Assembly (NCBI GenBank): GCA_951812955.1
Contig: OX638340.1
Coordinates: forward strand, 1,984,001 to 2,048,000
Direction: 5' to 3'
Source of the DNA: an uncultured Gemmatimonadota bacterium
Lineage (GTDB): Bacteria > JAAXHH01
DNA: 64,000 bases
Shown: positions 19,183 to 28,614 of the stretch, piece by piece
Layout: every line of letters starts with the position of its first letter
Position numbering within the stretch: the first letter of the stretch is position 1
Made by a program: the position numbers and the translations under genes
The notes under the pieces: generated by a model
Told to the model about the DNA's origin: nothing
Databases searched by the model: none
What the model saw: the letters and a program-made list of their open reading frames with translations, nothing else

Positions 19183-19869
19183 ATGCATCAGCGAGTTGCG
19201 GGGCGCGGCAACTTCGACAGTTTGCCGGATCGTACTCAGATCGCTGACCTCCTGCGAAAATACTGTGAGCTGCTGGTTTCTTCATGTCCTACCTCGGAAA
19301 CACTGTTGGTATTTCATGAAGATCCGAATCAGCTTCCCACATGCGAGAGAAAGACCCTGGGAGGGCACCTTGGAATCTGTCTCGACTGCAGGGACAAACT
19401 TCGATGGCTGGAGGAATCTGAAGCTTCGTCCTATACCGATTCCATCGCACGTGTAATCTGGTATATGCTCAATGTACACCATCCATCCGAGGTGGCAGCC
19501 TCAAAGTACTTCTCATCCGCCAGGAGTGCAGGCAATCCCGACTCGCTTTCCACACAGAATTTGCAACCGGATGCTGCAAAAACGGCCACAACCCGCAAGA
19601 CTTCGGCGCCTTTTTTCGCCAGCGGGGATGGAGCGTTGTGTGGGGAAATCCATCAGGACAGGAATCAACGGGTGTATTTAAGGATTTTTCGGCTGCCCAG
19701 GTCGTTTCAGTGGCATGCCCTGCATATTCGAGCAATAACGTTTGACCGTCGCGTACTGGTGAGCAGGTCCAGGACCATATCGGGACCGAAATTCCCGATC
19801 GATCATCCTCCTCGCATTACGCCCGGTGACATGGACAAGGTCGAACTCGGTCTGATCCCGCTGCGTTGA
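19183..19869 (+). CDS. Putative zinc-binding (ZAS-type HxxxCxxC) anti-sigma factor, 228 aa
   Basis: Its ATG is 3 nt after the sigma stop, so the two are translationally coupled. The N-terminal domain contains C-x7-H-x3-C-x2-C (CERKTLGGHLGICLDC), the ZAS motif. No TM segment. Confidence 0.5.
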   Translation: MHQRVAGRGNFDSLPDRTQIADLLRKYCELLVSSCPTSETLLVFHEDPNQLPTCERKTLGGHLGICLDCRDKLRWLEESEASSYTDSIARVIWYMLNVHHPSEVAASKYFSSARSAGNPDSLSTQNLQPDAAKTATTRKTSAPFFASGDGALCGEIHQDRNQRVYLRIFRLPRSFQWHALHIRAITFDRRVLVSRSRTISGPKFPIDHPPRITPGDMDKVELGLIPLR

Positions 19870-19879
19870 GCGGGATCAG
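19852..19879 (+). terminator. Hairpin overlapping the anti-sigma stop codon (10-bp stem, 8-nt loop); possible terminator
   Basis: ctgatcccgc-tgcgttga-gcgggatcag. The downstream tract is only weakly T-rich. Confidence 0.25.
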
Positions 19880-20099
19880 CGCCGTTCCGGTGTATTCGAC
19901 CGGATTCCACTGGTTGTTTGCGGTACGTAACCCAGGCAATAAGATGTTGACAATCGACTGGGGGCGAGTACGTTACGAAGTATCTGAATGATGCGCGAAG
20001 CAGGCTTCGCGCATATACGGAATTGGAGGAATACCGGTACCTTCAAACCGGCCGGGTCGATGATCCCGCCATGGTACCGTCCATGAAGGAACCAACTGC

Positions 20100-21272
20100 A
20101 TGGAGATGGTTTATCCGAGGAGGAAAACGCGGGAAGTCCGCGTAGGAAACATCACGATCGGCGGCCAGCATCCCATTGTCGTGCAGTCGATGATCACGGA
20201 GAACACGCGGGACGTCGCAGCGTGTGTGGAAGCGATCATCCGATTGCATGAACTGGGATGTGAAATCGTACGAGTGACCACACCTACGCTCGCGGACGCC
20301 CACAGCCTGCGGGAAATCAAGCATACCCTCGTTCTGAATGGTGTGGACGTGCCCCTGGTAGCGGATGTTCATCACCAGGGAACCCGAATAGCCGAGGAAG
20401 TCGCCAGGTCTGTAGACAAGGTACGTATCAACCCCGGCCTGTTCGTATTCCAGCGTCTGGCAGATTCCATCGAATACTCACCCGAGGAATTCGAGGCCGC
20501 GAGACAAAAGGTGGCCGATGATCTGGCCCCCGTAATCAAGGTCTGCCGGGAGCGGGACATCGCCATGCGCATCGGTGTGAACCACGGATCCCTTTCGGAC
20601 CGCATGACCGTGACATACGGAGACACGCCAGAGGGCATGGTGGAATCCGCGCTGGAATTCATTCGAATTTGCGAGTCGCACGACTACAGAAACCTGATCG
20701 TATCGCTTAAAGCGTCCCGCGTGCCCGTCATGATTCAGGCCAACCGCCTCATGGCCGGCCGTATGGACGAAGAGGGGATGGACTATCCGCTGCACCTGGG
20801 TGTCACGGAGGCCGGTGACGGCGAGTATGCCCGGGTCAAGTCGACCTCCGGAATAGGCACCCTGCTGGCAGAAGGTCTCGGCGACACCATCCGGGTATCG
20901 CTCGCCGAGGATCCCGCCAAAGAAATCCCGGTCTGTTACGATATTCTCCAGTCTCTGGGCCTGCGACGTACCAAGGTGGAGTTTATCGCATGTCCTTCCT
21001 GCGGACGAACCAAATTCAACCTGGAAAACGTGCTTGCGGAGGTCAAGGCGGCCACCGACCATCTCGCGGGTCTCGACATCGCCGTAATGGGATGCATCGT
21101 CAACGGCCCCGGAGAGATGGCCGATGCCGATTACGGGTATGTCGGACGCGCCAACGGGATTATCTCCCTCTACCGCGGGCGTGACTGCGTCAAGATGAGT
21201 GTTCCGCAGGAACGGGGTGTCGAGGAACTGGTCGACCTGATCAAGTCGGATGACCGTTGGGTAGATCCTTGA
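20100..21272 (+). CDS. ispG: 4-hydroxy-3-methylbut-2-en-1-yl diphosphate synthase (flavodoxin), 390 aa
   Basis: [25 protein letters not shown] and C-terminal CPSCGR Fe-S cluster cysteines. Canonical IspG/GcpE. Confidence 0.9.
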   Translation: MEMVYPRRKTREVRVGNITIGGQHPIVVQSMITENTRDVAACVEAIIRLHELGCEIVRVTTPTLADAHSLREIKHTLVLNGVDVPLVADVHHQGTRIAEEVARSVDKVRINPGLFVFQRLADSIEYSPEEFEAARQKVADDLAPVIKVCRERDIAMRIGVNHGSLSDRMTVTYGDTPEGMVESALEFIRICESHDYRNLIVSLKASRVPVMIQANRLMAGRMDEEGMDYPLHLGVTEAGDGEYARVKSTSGIGTLLAEGLGDTIRVSLAEDPAKEIPVCYDILQSLGLRRTKVEFIACPSCGRTKFNLENVLAEVKAATDHLAGLDIAVMGCIVNGPGEMADADYGYVGRANGIISLYRGRDCVKMSVPQERGVEELVDLIKSDDRWVDP

Positions 21273-22092
21273 TCGATGGCAGGTCTCTATTCAGCATTTC
21301 CATGACATCCTTCAGCTCAAAAACGAAACCGAACGCCAGAGAGACGCGCCACAGCGCAAGTTCCTTGGCCGCTTCCGTTTCCGCCGTTTCCCGGTTTTCC
21401 ACGGCGGTCACCGCCTGGCGAATCGTGGAACAGATTATCCCGTAACGCCGCATGTCCAGCATGCCACCCGGCGACATGAGCAGGCACCAGTTGATAGCAA
21501 ATCCCATGTAGATGAGGTGGTTGATGCCGGCGGCGCGGCAGAGGGCGGCCAACTGGCGGCCGTTCTCAGCGACACCCTCGCCCGATTCCGGCCGTGCCTG
21601 GGGAGCGAAATCGATACGGTCGAATCCGCGCTTGATGTCGGCGGTGTTCCGGGCCCCTGGAAAAACCCGTTCGACCCGGAACCTGTTCAGTTCCTCGTAA
21701 ACGGGATCGCGGTCGACGGACTCCACCGGATCCGGTTCCGGGCCCGCCAGTTCGACGGCAGCCCTGTATCCCGGGTGATTCTCGTGATACCGGCCGCCGC
21801 CCACGACGTGGAACAACTTCATGCCATTCGCCCGGATAGCCTGGAGCAGCGGGGGAAACACCTCGCGGCTTATCTCCTCCGCCCTGGGAAAGTACTCGAC
21901 GGCGCGGTACCATCCCGCGTACTCCTCCAGGCTTCCCGTATCCCACGCGTGCATGACGACAAACGCCGTGTGGTCGGTGTCGATCTTTATTTCCGACCGC
22001 TGCCAGCCCCCGTAACCCTGACCCGGCGTTTCAAGTGCATAATCCGCATCGAATTGCTGGTAATACCCGGCGGGTATATTGATTATTGCCAT
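21241..22092 (-). CDS. Isochorismatase-family cysteine hydrolase, 283 aa
   Basis: [16 protein letters not shown] catalytic-Cys block typical of the isochorismatase/CSHase family. Paralogous to the gene at 24488-25297. Its 3' end overlaps ispG convergently by 32 nt. Confidence 0.65.
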   Translation of the reverse strand: MAIINIPAGYYQQFDADYALETPGQGYGGWQRSEIKIDTDHTAFVVMHAWDTGSLEEYAGWYRAVEYFPRAEEISREVFPPLLQAIRANGMKLFHVVGGGRYHENHPGYRAAVELAGPEPDPVESVDRDPVYEELNRFRVERVFPGARNTADIKRGFDRIDFAPQARPESGEGVAENGRQLAALCRAAGINHLIYMGFAINWCLLMSPGGMLDMRRYGIICSTIRQAVTAVENRETAETEAAKELALWRVSLAFGFVFELKDVMEMLNRDLPSIKDLPNGHPT

Positions 22093-22315
22093 GGTTCAAC
22101 TCCGCTGCCGCGTCTAGGTTTTTGCGACGGTCATGGGATGCGATGACTCCGGCGGCATGGCTGTGCCCGCCGTAGTAGAGGATAGATCGACTGGAGTGTG
22201 TATCGAGACTGATTTGGGTTGACCAAAATGCCGCGGCGACTTAACTTGTTGGTTTCACGGCGCGCCAGTCCCCGTGTCGTTCCCTTCCCAAGCCAGTTTC
22301 AGGAGGTTGTACTGC

Positions 22316-23629
22316 ATGCCCGACACGTTGACCGTCATAGACAATCGGACCGGCAAGGAATACGAGATTCCCATCATGTACGGGACCTATCCCAGGTACG
22401 GCGCGGCGATCCCCACCACGGACTTTCGACAGATCAAGGTGTCCGAAGACGACTTCGGCCTGCTGGGGTACGATCCGGCATTCAACAACACCGCCTCCTG
22501 CCGAAGCAGCATAACCCACATCGATGGGGAAAAGGGCATACTGCGCTACCGGGGCTATCCCATCGAGGACCTGGCCGTTAAAAGTTCCTTTCTCGAAGTC
22601 GCCTTCCTGATCGTTCACGGCATGCTGCCGACCCGGGCCGAGCTCGAAGAATGGTCACACGACATCACCCATCACGCGATTGTCCATGAGAACATCAAGA
22701 AATTCATGGACGGATTCCGGTACGACGCCCATCCCATGGGAATCCTGATCAGTACGGTTGCCGCGCTGTCCACCTTCTATCCGGAGGCCAAGCAGATTCG
22801 CGACGTGGCCATACGAAACGAACAGATCCACCGGCTTATCGCCAAGATTCCGACCATCGCGGCCTTTGCTTACCGGCACAGTCAGGGCTTTCCCTACACC
22901 TATCCGGACAATGGCCTGGGTTATTGCGGCAACTTTCTGTCCATGATGTATAAGATGACGGAACAATACTCGCCCGATCCCGTGCTGGAAAAAGCGCTGG
23001 ACGTGGTTTTCATCCTGCACGTGGATCACGAACAGAACTGCAGTGCCAACGCGATGCGCAGCGTGGGCAGTTCGCTGCCCGATCCCTACGTTTCCGTGGC
23101 CGCCGCCGCCGCCGGGCTGTACGGCCCCCTGCACGGTGGCGCCAATGAGCAGGTGCTGCATATGCTTCAGGAAATCGGTCATATCAGCCGGGTACCCTCA
23201 TACATAAAAAAGGTCAAGCAGGGGGATATCCGGCTCATGGGCTTCGGCCACAGGGTGTACAAGAACTACGACCCGCGCGCAAGGATTCTCAAGGAAATGA
23301 CCCACCGGGTACTGGGTGTCACCGGCAAGAACACGCTGCTGGACGTTGCCGTGGAACTGGAGCGGATCGCCCTTGAAGACGATTATTTCGTCAATCGCAA
23401 ACTCTATCCCAATGTGGACTTTTATTCAGGTCTCATCTACCAGGCCATGGGATTCCCGCTCGAAATGTTCCCAGTGCTTTTCGCCATTCCCCGCACCGTG
23501 GGCTGGCTGGCGCAATGGGCGGAGATGCTGGACGATCCCGACCAGAAAATCGCGCGACCCCGCCAGATCTACACCGGTGACGATGTCTGCGAATACGTAC
23601 CGATAGAGGACCGGTTGCAGGTCGGTTGA
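22316..23629 (+). CDS. gltA: Citrate synthase (type II, hexameric-type sequence), about 437 aa
   Basis: MPDTLTVIDNRTGKEYEIPI... plus catalytic His/Asp blocks (GFGHRVYKNYDPRA). The ORF-track start at 22274 is an extension. Confidence 0.9.
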   Translation: MPDTLTVIDNRTGKEYEIPIMYGTYPRYGAAIPTTDFRQIKVSEDDFGLLGYDPAFNNTASCRSSITHIDGEKGILRYRGYPIEDLAVKSSFLEVAFLIVHGMLPTRAELEEWSHDITHHAIVHENIKKFMDGFRYDAHPMGILISTVAALSTFYPEAKQIRDVAIRNEQIHRLIAKIPTIAAFAYRHSQGFPYTYPDNGLGYCGNFLSMMYKMTEQYSPDPVLEKALDVVFILHVDHEQNCSANAMRSVGSSLPDPYVSVAAAAAGLYGPLHGGANEQVLHMLQEIGHISRVPSYIKKVKQGDIRLMGFGHRVYKNYDPRARILKEMTHRVLGVTGKNTLLDVAVELERIALEDDYFVNRKLYPNVDFYSGLIYQAMGFPLEMFPVLFAIPRTVGWLAQWAEMLDDPDQKIARPRQIYTGDDVCEYVPIEDRLQVG

Positions 23630-23670
23630 ACGAACGTCACCCGCGGATGAACGAACGTCACCCGCGCGGA
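23627..23670. repeat. 21-nt unit duplicated in tandem (TGAACGAACGTCACCCGCGGA ×2), starting exactly at the gltA stop codon and containing the convergent amidohydrolase stop
   Basis: tgaacgaacgtcacccgcgga tgaacgaacgtcacccgcgcgga. The period is a multiple of 3, so both convergent genes get a second in-frame TGA 21 nt after the first. Confidence 0.8.
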
Positions 23671-24521
23671 ACCCACCTGTAGGCTTCCCTGCTGTTGCCC
23701 CCCATGATTTTGTCCAGGACATCCGACCCCTTCGATTCGAAGCAGGCTATGGCCAGAGACTGTACCTGCCGGTAGGTAGCGTATCTCCAGGATACCGGCC
23801 AGTTGCTGGCATACAGCAGCCTGTCCTCTCCAAATGCGTGCCAGAGCACATCAAGGACCGGTCTGTAATAGGCCGGATCCTCCGGCGGCGGCGTATCCTG
23901 CGCCAGTTCCACCATACCCGATATCTTGCAGAAAACGTTGGGATGGGCTGCGACAGACTTAATGCCGGATGCCCATTCGTCATCCGGCCGACCGCCGGTC
24001 ACCGGCACGTGGGCGAGATGGTTCAGCACAATTCTGAGTCCCGGAAACCGCGCGGCGCAGGCAGCCACGCCAGGCAGCCACTCCTTGCCCACGAGCAGGT
24101 CCAGCGTGAGGTCGTGGGCGGCGAGTTGCTCCAACGCCCTGAAGTACACTGGGTCGTCCACCGGCGCCTTGCCCAGTCGGATGCCGTAGAACAGATCATG
24201 GCCCGCAAACCGGTTCAGGTCCGATTCGAAACCGGGATCCGGAGGTTCAAGGTGTCCCACCAGGCCCAGCAGGAACGGATCGGCCTCGGCAAGGTCCAGG
24301 ACCCACTGGTTGTCTTCCACCCAGGCGCTGGCTTCCACCACGACCGTTCCCGTGACGCCTTCAGACAACACTTCCCTTTTGAAATCATCGGGCATGATAC
24401 GCCGGTAGAGAAACTGGTCGCCGCGGTCCGGCCACGGCACGCCCTGCGGCCGGGTGGGGTCGTAGAAATGGGTATGGGTGTCGACGATCAAGTTATGTTC
24501 CTCTCTGAAACCTTCTGGCAA
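23658..24521 (-). CDS. Amidohydrolase-2 family metal-dependent hydrolase (TIM barrel), 287 aa
   Basis: N-terminal HTHFYD metal-binding motif and overall amidohydrolase_2 profile. Start overlaps the downstream isochorismatase-like gene by 34 nt. Confidence 0.7.
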   Translation of the reverse strand: MPEGFREEHNLIVDTHTHFYDPTRPQGVPWPDRGDQFLYRRIMPDDFKREVLSEGVTGTVVVEASAWVEDNQWVLDLAEADPFLLGLVGHLEPPDPGFESDLNRFAGHDLFYGIRLGKAPVDDPVYFRALEQLAAHDLTLDLLVGKEWLPGVAACAARFPGLRIVLNHLAHVPVTGGRPDDEWASGIKSVAAHPNVFCKISGMVELAQDTPPPEDPAYYRPVLDVLWHAFGEDRLLYASNWPVSWRYATYRQVQSLAIACFESKGSDVLDKIMGGNSREAYRWVPRG

Positions 24522-25297
24522 CTCTCGAAGAAATCCTCATTTGACGCAGAAAAGCCAAACTGCTGCTCGATCTCCCGGACCGCGATTTCCGTCACGAAGA
24601 GCTCGCCCAGCGTGTCGGGAAACTCGACGCCCGCCGTGCAGTCGCGCAGGAATACGATGTTGTATCCGTATCGGGCCATGGACCGGATGCCGTAGTCCCT
24701 GCCCAGGACGCACCAGTTGGTGGCAAAACCCGCATAGACCAGGTGAAGCACGTTCCGGTCGGCCAGCACCTCGTGTAGCTCGGCGCCGCTGGCGATCACC
24801 ACGTCTTCGTCGCGGACCTCCACGGCCGGCGAAATGGTCAGGTCGTCGCTGATGGGGTCCCAGTGAATGCCGATGCTCGGCGGCTGGCTTCTGGGTCCGC
24901 GGTAGGCATGGTACTCGCCTTCCCTGCCACGGAACGCCGGGGGTGGCCAGTCCGCGCCGCCACCCGGCGGATCGGGCGCCGCCGGATTGCGGGATGACTG
25001 GGAAAACTGCCGCGCCACTTCGGGCGAGGGGGCGTGAATCACGGTCAGCCCGGCATCCCGGCTCGATTCGATGGCCGGCACGATCGCCTCCCGGGTTACC
25101 CGCGCAGCCCGTTCGATCCAGCTGTCGATGAAATGGGTGTTCCACAGGTCCACCAGGACAAGCGCCGTCCGGTCGACGGGCAGTTCCATCCGGATTTCCC
25201 TGCGGATGAAGTTTTCTTCCCTGCAGGGCACACCGGCTGGCGTGCTGTCCTGGAAGTATCTCACTTTCAGATCGAGTATTGCCGGACTATCTGCCAT
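24488..25297 (-). CDS. Isochorismatase-family cysteine hydrolase (second paralog), 269 aa
   Basis: [22 protein letters not shown] block. Paralog of the gene at 21241-22092. Confidence 0.65.
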   Translation of the reverse strand: MADSPAILDLKVRYFQDSTPAGVPCREENFIRREIRMELPVDRTALVLVDLWNTHFIDSWIERAARVTREAIVPAIESSRDAGLTVIHAPSPEVARQFSQSSRNPAAPDPPGGGADWPPPAFRGREGEYHAYRGPRSQPPSIGIHWDPISDDLTISPAVEVRDEDVVIASGAELHEVLADRNVLHLVYAGFATNWCVLGRDYGIRSMARYGYNIVFLRDCTAGVEFPDTLGELFVTEIAVREIEQQFGFSASNEDFFESCQKVSERNIT

Positions 25298-27353
25298 TTT
25301 TTCCTGCCTTCGTCTTGGGCTGTGACTGCTCAGGGGGCGCCGCCGTCTTCTGCGACGACGCTTGCGTCACATTCTGCTCACCGTTTCTCATGCGACGAAC
25401 GATTTCGTCCACGTCATAGACACATCCGCCCCACGCGCCTCCACCAGCCTGCTGCAGGATGGCCCAGAGACGAGTGTCGTCGGGCAGCTTCGGATCGACG
25501 GCGAGATCGGGCCGCGGCGGGCGATCGGCGAGCAGGCGGGTACCTTCCTCGACGCCGAAAGTGCGGTCATCGCTTCCGACCAGGTTGATGGAGCCGGTCA
25601 GGTTGTTCCGGTCTATGACGATTTCGACAAGATCGCCATCGATTACTTTGCCGATGGGACCGCCCGCCAGGGCCTCGGGACCGACGTGGCCGATACAGGC
25701 GCCCGTCGAGATTCCGGAGAATCGGGCGTCGGTTACCACGGAGACGTGCTTGCCGAAGGACAAATGCCGCAACGCGGCGGTGATCTGGTAGGTTTCTTCC
25801 ATCCCGGCGCCCATGGGTCCGCGGCAGATGAGGATCAACACGTCGCCGGGCTTGATCCCGTCCTCGCCCCGGCTTTTGATGGCTGCAATAGCGTCCCGTT
25901 CACGCGTGAATACCCGCGCCGGTCCCGTTTTCCGGTACACGCCATCCGGATCGACGACGTCCGGATCGATCGCCGTACTTTTGATGACCGACCCATCCGG
26001 CGCCAGGTTGCCCCGGGGGAACGTGACCGTGCTGGTCAATTGCCGGTTCCTCGCCCGTTCGGGAGACATGATGACGTCATCCGGATCGATCCCGTCCACC
26101 TTCTTCAGCCGCTCGCGGACCAGCTGCCGTCTTTCTGACGTTCGCCACCAGTCCAGGACCTGCCCCAGGGTCGCACCCGTCGCGGTGAGGGCTTCTTCGT
26201 TCAACAGGTCCGCCTCCCGCAGGTGCAGCATCACCTCCGGCACGCCGCCGGCGAGGAAGGCGATCACCGTGGGATATCCCGTGGGACCATTCGGCAGTAC
26301 GTCCACAAGCCGGGGTGTCCGGCGGTTGATCCTGGTCCAGTCTTCCACTGAGGGGCGCCGCAGGCCGGCGGCGTGGGCAACCGCCGGGATGTGCAGCAGC
26401 AGGTTGGTCGAACCCCCGAAGGCGGCATGGACCGTCATGGCATTCTCAAGCGCTTCTTCGGTCAAAATCCGCTTCACGTTCTGCCCCTCGGCGTCGAGCC
26501 GCATCAGCGCTCGTGCGGATCGCCGCGCCATGTCGGTCCAGATCGGCTGGCCCGAAGGCGCCAGCGCGCTGTGGGGCAACGAGAGTCCGAAGGCCTCCCC
26601 GACCACCTGCGAGGTCGCCGCCGTGCCCAGGAACTGGCAACCGCCACCCGGCGACGCACAGGTGCGGCAACCCATGTCCGCCGCATATTCCAGGGAGATC
26701 TCACCGTGGGCGTACCTCGCGCCGATCGACTGGATCTTGCCGGCGTCCTCGCCCTCTTCCGCCGGCAGCGTAACGCCGCCCGGTACCAGCACGCACGGCA
26801 GGTCATGGGACGCCGCCAGTGCGATCATCATGGCGGGCAATCCCTTGTCGCACGTCGCCACGCCGATCACGCCGCGGCGCGTCGGCAACGACCGGATCAA
26901 CCGCCGGAATATGATCGCCGCGTCGTTGCGGTAGGGGAGACTGTCCATCATACCAGGCGTGCCCTGCGTGCGGCCGTCGCAGGGATCGGTGCAGTAGCCG
27001 CCGAAGGGGATGCCGCCCAGCGCGGTCAACTCCTCGGCAGCCGCCTGCATGAGCAGGCCCACCTCCCAGTGGCCGGTGTGGTAACCCAGCGCCACCGGGC
27101 TTCCATCGGAGGCCCGCATTCCCCCCTGGGTGCTGAGGATCAGGTATTGCCTGCGGTTCAACTCGCGGGGATTCCACCCCATCCCCACGTTCTGGGACAG
27201 CGCGAACAGGTCGCCGCTGGGGCTTTCCCGCAACATGTCGTCGGTGAGCGGCAAGCTGCCCTCCGGACCGGGCGCACTGGATTGGATGTCGTAGATGCCC
27301 GGATCGGAATGACCGACGACGGCCTCGAAGGACAGCAGGGATGGAGGTTTCAT
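25287..27353 (-). CDS. IlvD/EDD-family dehydratase (sugar-acid dehydratase-like, e.g. xylonate/arabinonate/gluconate dehydratase class), 688 aa
   Basis: Fe-S cluster cysteines in CDKGLPAMM and a C-terminal [16 protein letters not shown] block typical of IlvD/EDD. 4-nt overlap with the UxuA-like gene. Confidence 0.8.
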   Translation of the reverse strand: MKPPSLLSFEAVVGHSDPGIYDIQSSAPGPEGSLPLTDDMLRESPSGDLFALSQNVGMGWNPRELNRRQYLILSTQGGMRASDGSPVALGYHTGHWEVGLLMQAAAEELTALGGIPFGGYCTDPCDGRTQGTPGMMDSLPYRNDAAIIFRRLIRSLPTRRGVIGVATCDKGLPAMMIALAASHDLPCVLVPGGVTLPAEEGEDAGKIQSIGARYAHGEISLEYAADMGCRTCASPGGGCQFLGTAATSQVVGEAFGLSLPHSALAPSGQPIWTDMARRSARALMRLDAEGQNVKRILTEEALENAMTVHAAFGGSTNLLLHIPAVAHAAGLRRPSVEDWTRINRRTPRLVDVLPNGPTGYPTVIAFLAGGVPEVMLHLREADLLNEEALTATGATLGQVLDWWRTSERRQLVRERLKKVDGIDPDDVIMSPERARNRQLTSTVTFPRGNLAPDGSVIKSTAIDPDVVDPDGVYRKTGPARVFTRERDAIAAIKSRGEDGIKPGDVLILICRGPMGAGMEETYQITAALRHLSFGKHVSVVTDARFSGISTGACIGHVGPEALAGGPIGKVIDGDLVEIVIDRNNLTGSINLVGSDDRTFGVEEGTRLLADRPPRPDLAVDPKLPDDTRLWAILQQAGGGAWGGCVYDVDEIVRRMRNGEQNVTQASSQKTAAPPEQSQPKTKAGKNGR

Positions 27354-28360
27354 GAATGGGTTTTTCCGTTTCCGATGCGTCCGACGTTGTCCAGCAGCGC
27401 CTTCATATAGCCCAGTGCGTACGCCCGGGAAGTCTGATGAAGGCCATCCGGATCAAGAACCAAACGCGGCACGTGATCGTCGATCATCGGACAGTCCACA
27501 CCGGCCTCCTCGTAGGCCATGAGGGACTCCATGGGGTCGACGTGGCCCTGGTCGATGAACGTTTCGGAGAACGCGGGGACGGGATTCGAGACGAATCGGA
27601 AATGGACGTAGTTGATCTTACCGCGCTTCCCGAAGTACCGTATGGCGTCGAGCGCGTCACCCGGCATTTCCGAAACTGTACCCTGGCAGAAACCCAGGCC
27701 GTTGTATTCACTGGGTACGATGTCGACAAGCCGTTTCAACGCTTCGTGACTGCGGAAGACGCGGGCGATTCCGCCGATCGGAGAAACAGGCGGGTCATCG
27801 GGATGCAGGCTCATGCGCACCCCGGCTTTTTCGGCCACCGGTATGACCGCCTTAAGAAAGTAGGTAATGTTGTTCCACATGTCCTCGTCGGATAGCTCCA
27901 GGTCATGAGGTATGGGCGGGTACCAGTAATCCTGCCTCGCACCTTTAACCTGCTCATAGTCGAAACTGGTGACGATCGCACCGCCTCTGCTTCGGGTCGA
28001 TTTGGAAGTGCGAAGTCCATAATTGCCGCCTACGTTGCGCAGGCTGAAGAAGTAACCGAGAACGGGAATCCCCACCGCGCCCATGTTTTCCACCGTCCTG
28101 CACCAGTTCTCGATCTGCTCGTCACGGCCGGGCAGTCCAAGCTTGATGTTGTCGCACCACTCGGGGGGCACGCCTTCGAGCACCGACCAGGTCAACCCTG
28201 CGTCTTCAATGCGCGATTTCTGAAGCGTCAAATCATGGAAATCGTAGTATCCCTTTGCGAGGTCGCAGTCCGGCACCCCGTTCACCACGTCCGTCACGCC
28301 CAGTTGCCGGGCGAAATCGAGGTGTTCGAGGTCCATCCTGCCGTTGACCGCAAGCTTCAT
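27350..28360 (-). CDS. uxuA: Mannonate dehydratase (UxuA family), 336 aa
   Basis: UxuA-family profile including INYVHFRFV (compare INYVHFRNV) and a xylose-isomerase-like TIM barrel. Confidence 0.75.
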   Translation of the reverse strand: MKLAVNGRMDLEHLDFARQLGVTDVVNGVPDCDLAKGYYDFHDLTLQKSRIEDAGLTWSVLEGVPPEWCDNIKLGLPGRDEQIENWCRTVENMGAVGIPVLGYFFSLRNVGGNYGLRTSKSTRSRGGAIVTSFDYEQVKGARQDYWYPPIPHDLELSDEDMWNNITYFLKAVIPVAEKAGVRMSLHPDDPPVSPIGGIARVFRSHEALKRLVDIVPSEYNGLGFCQGTVSEMPGDALDAIRYFGKRGKINYVHFRFVSNPVPAFSETFIDQGHVDPMESLMAYEEAGVDCPMIDDHVPRLVLDPDGLHQTSRAYALGYMKALLDNVGRIGNGKTHS

Positions 28361-28424
28361 GGCTGGATCTCCACGATCGGCTGCATTCGTACCCTTTATC
28401 GGACGGTACGATCCCGTGTTTACC

Positions 28425-28453
28425 TTGACAGGACCGGCGGCGAACCGTATTAT
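28425..28453 (+). promoter_or_regulatory. Canonical sigma70 promoter for tRNA-Pro (TTGACA-17 nt-TATTAT)
   Basis: ttgaca ggaccggcggcgaaccg tattat, ending about 14 nt upstream of the tRNA 5' end. Confidence 0.5.
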
Positions 28454-28466
28454 TACCGGGTCTTTA

Positions 28467-28541
28467 CGGGGTGTAGCGCAGTCCGGTCAGCGCACCTGCT
28501 TTGGGAGCAGGGGGTCGGGGGTTCAAATCCCCCCACCCCGA
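28467..28541 (+). tRNA. tRNA-Pro (anticodon TGG)
   Basis: Cloverleaf folded by hand: acceptor CGGGGTG/CACCCCG, D-arm GCGC/GCGC, anticodon stem CCTGC/GCAGG with loop TTTGGGA (34-36 = TGG), T-arm GGGGG-TTCAAAT-CCCCC, discriminator A. CCA not encoded. Confidence 0.85.
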
Positions 28542-28614
28542 TTACCACTACCCGCGCGCCACGCTCATTTCCTGCCTTATCCAACGGTTCCCCCACGCAC
28601 AGTACACTCATTTC

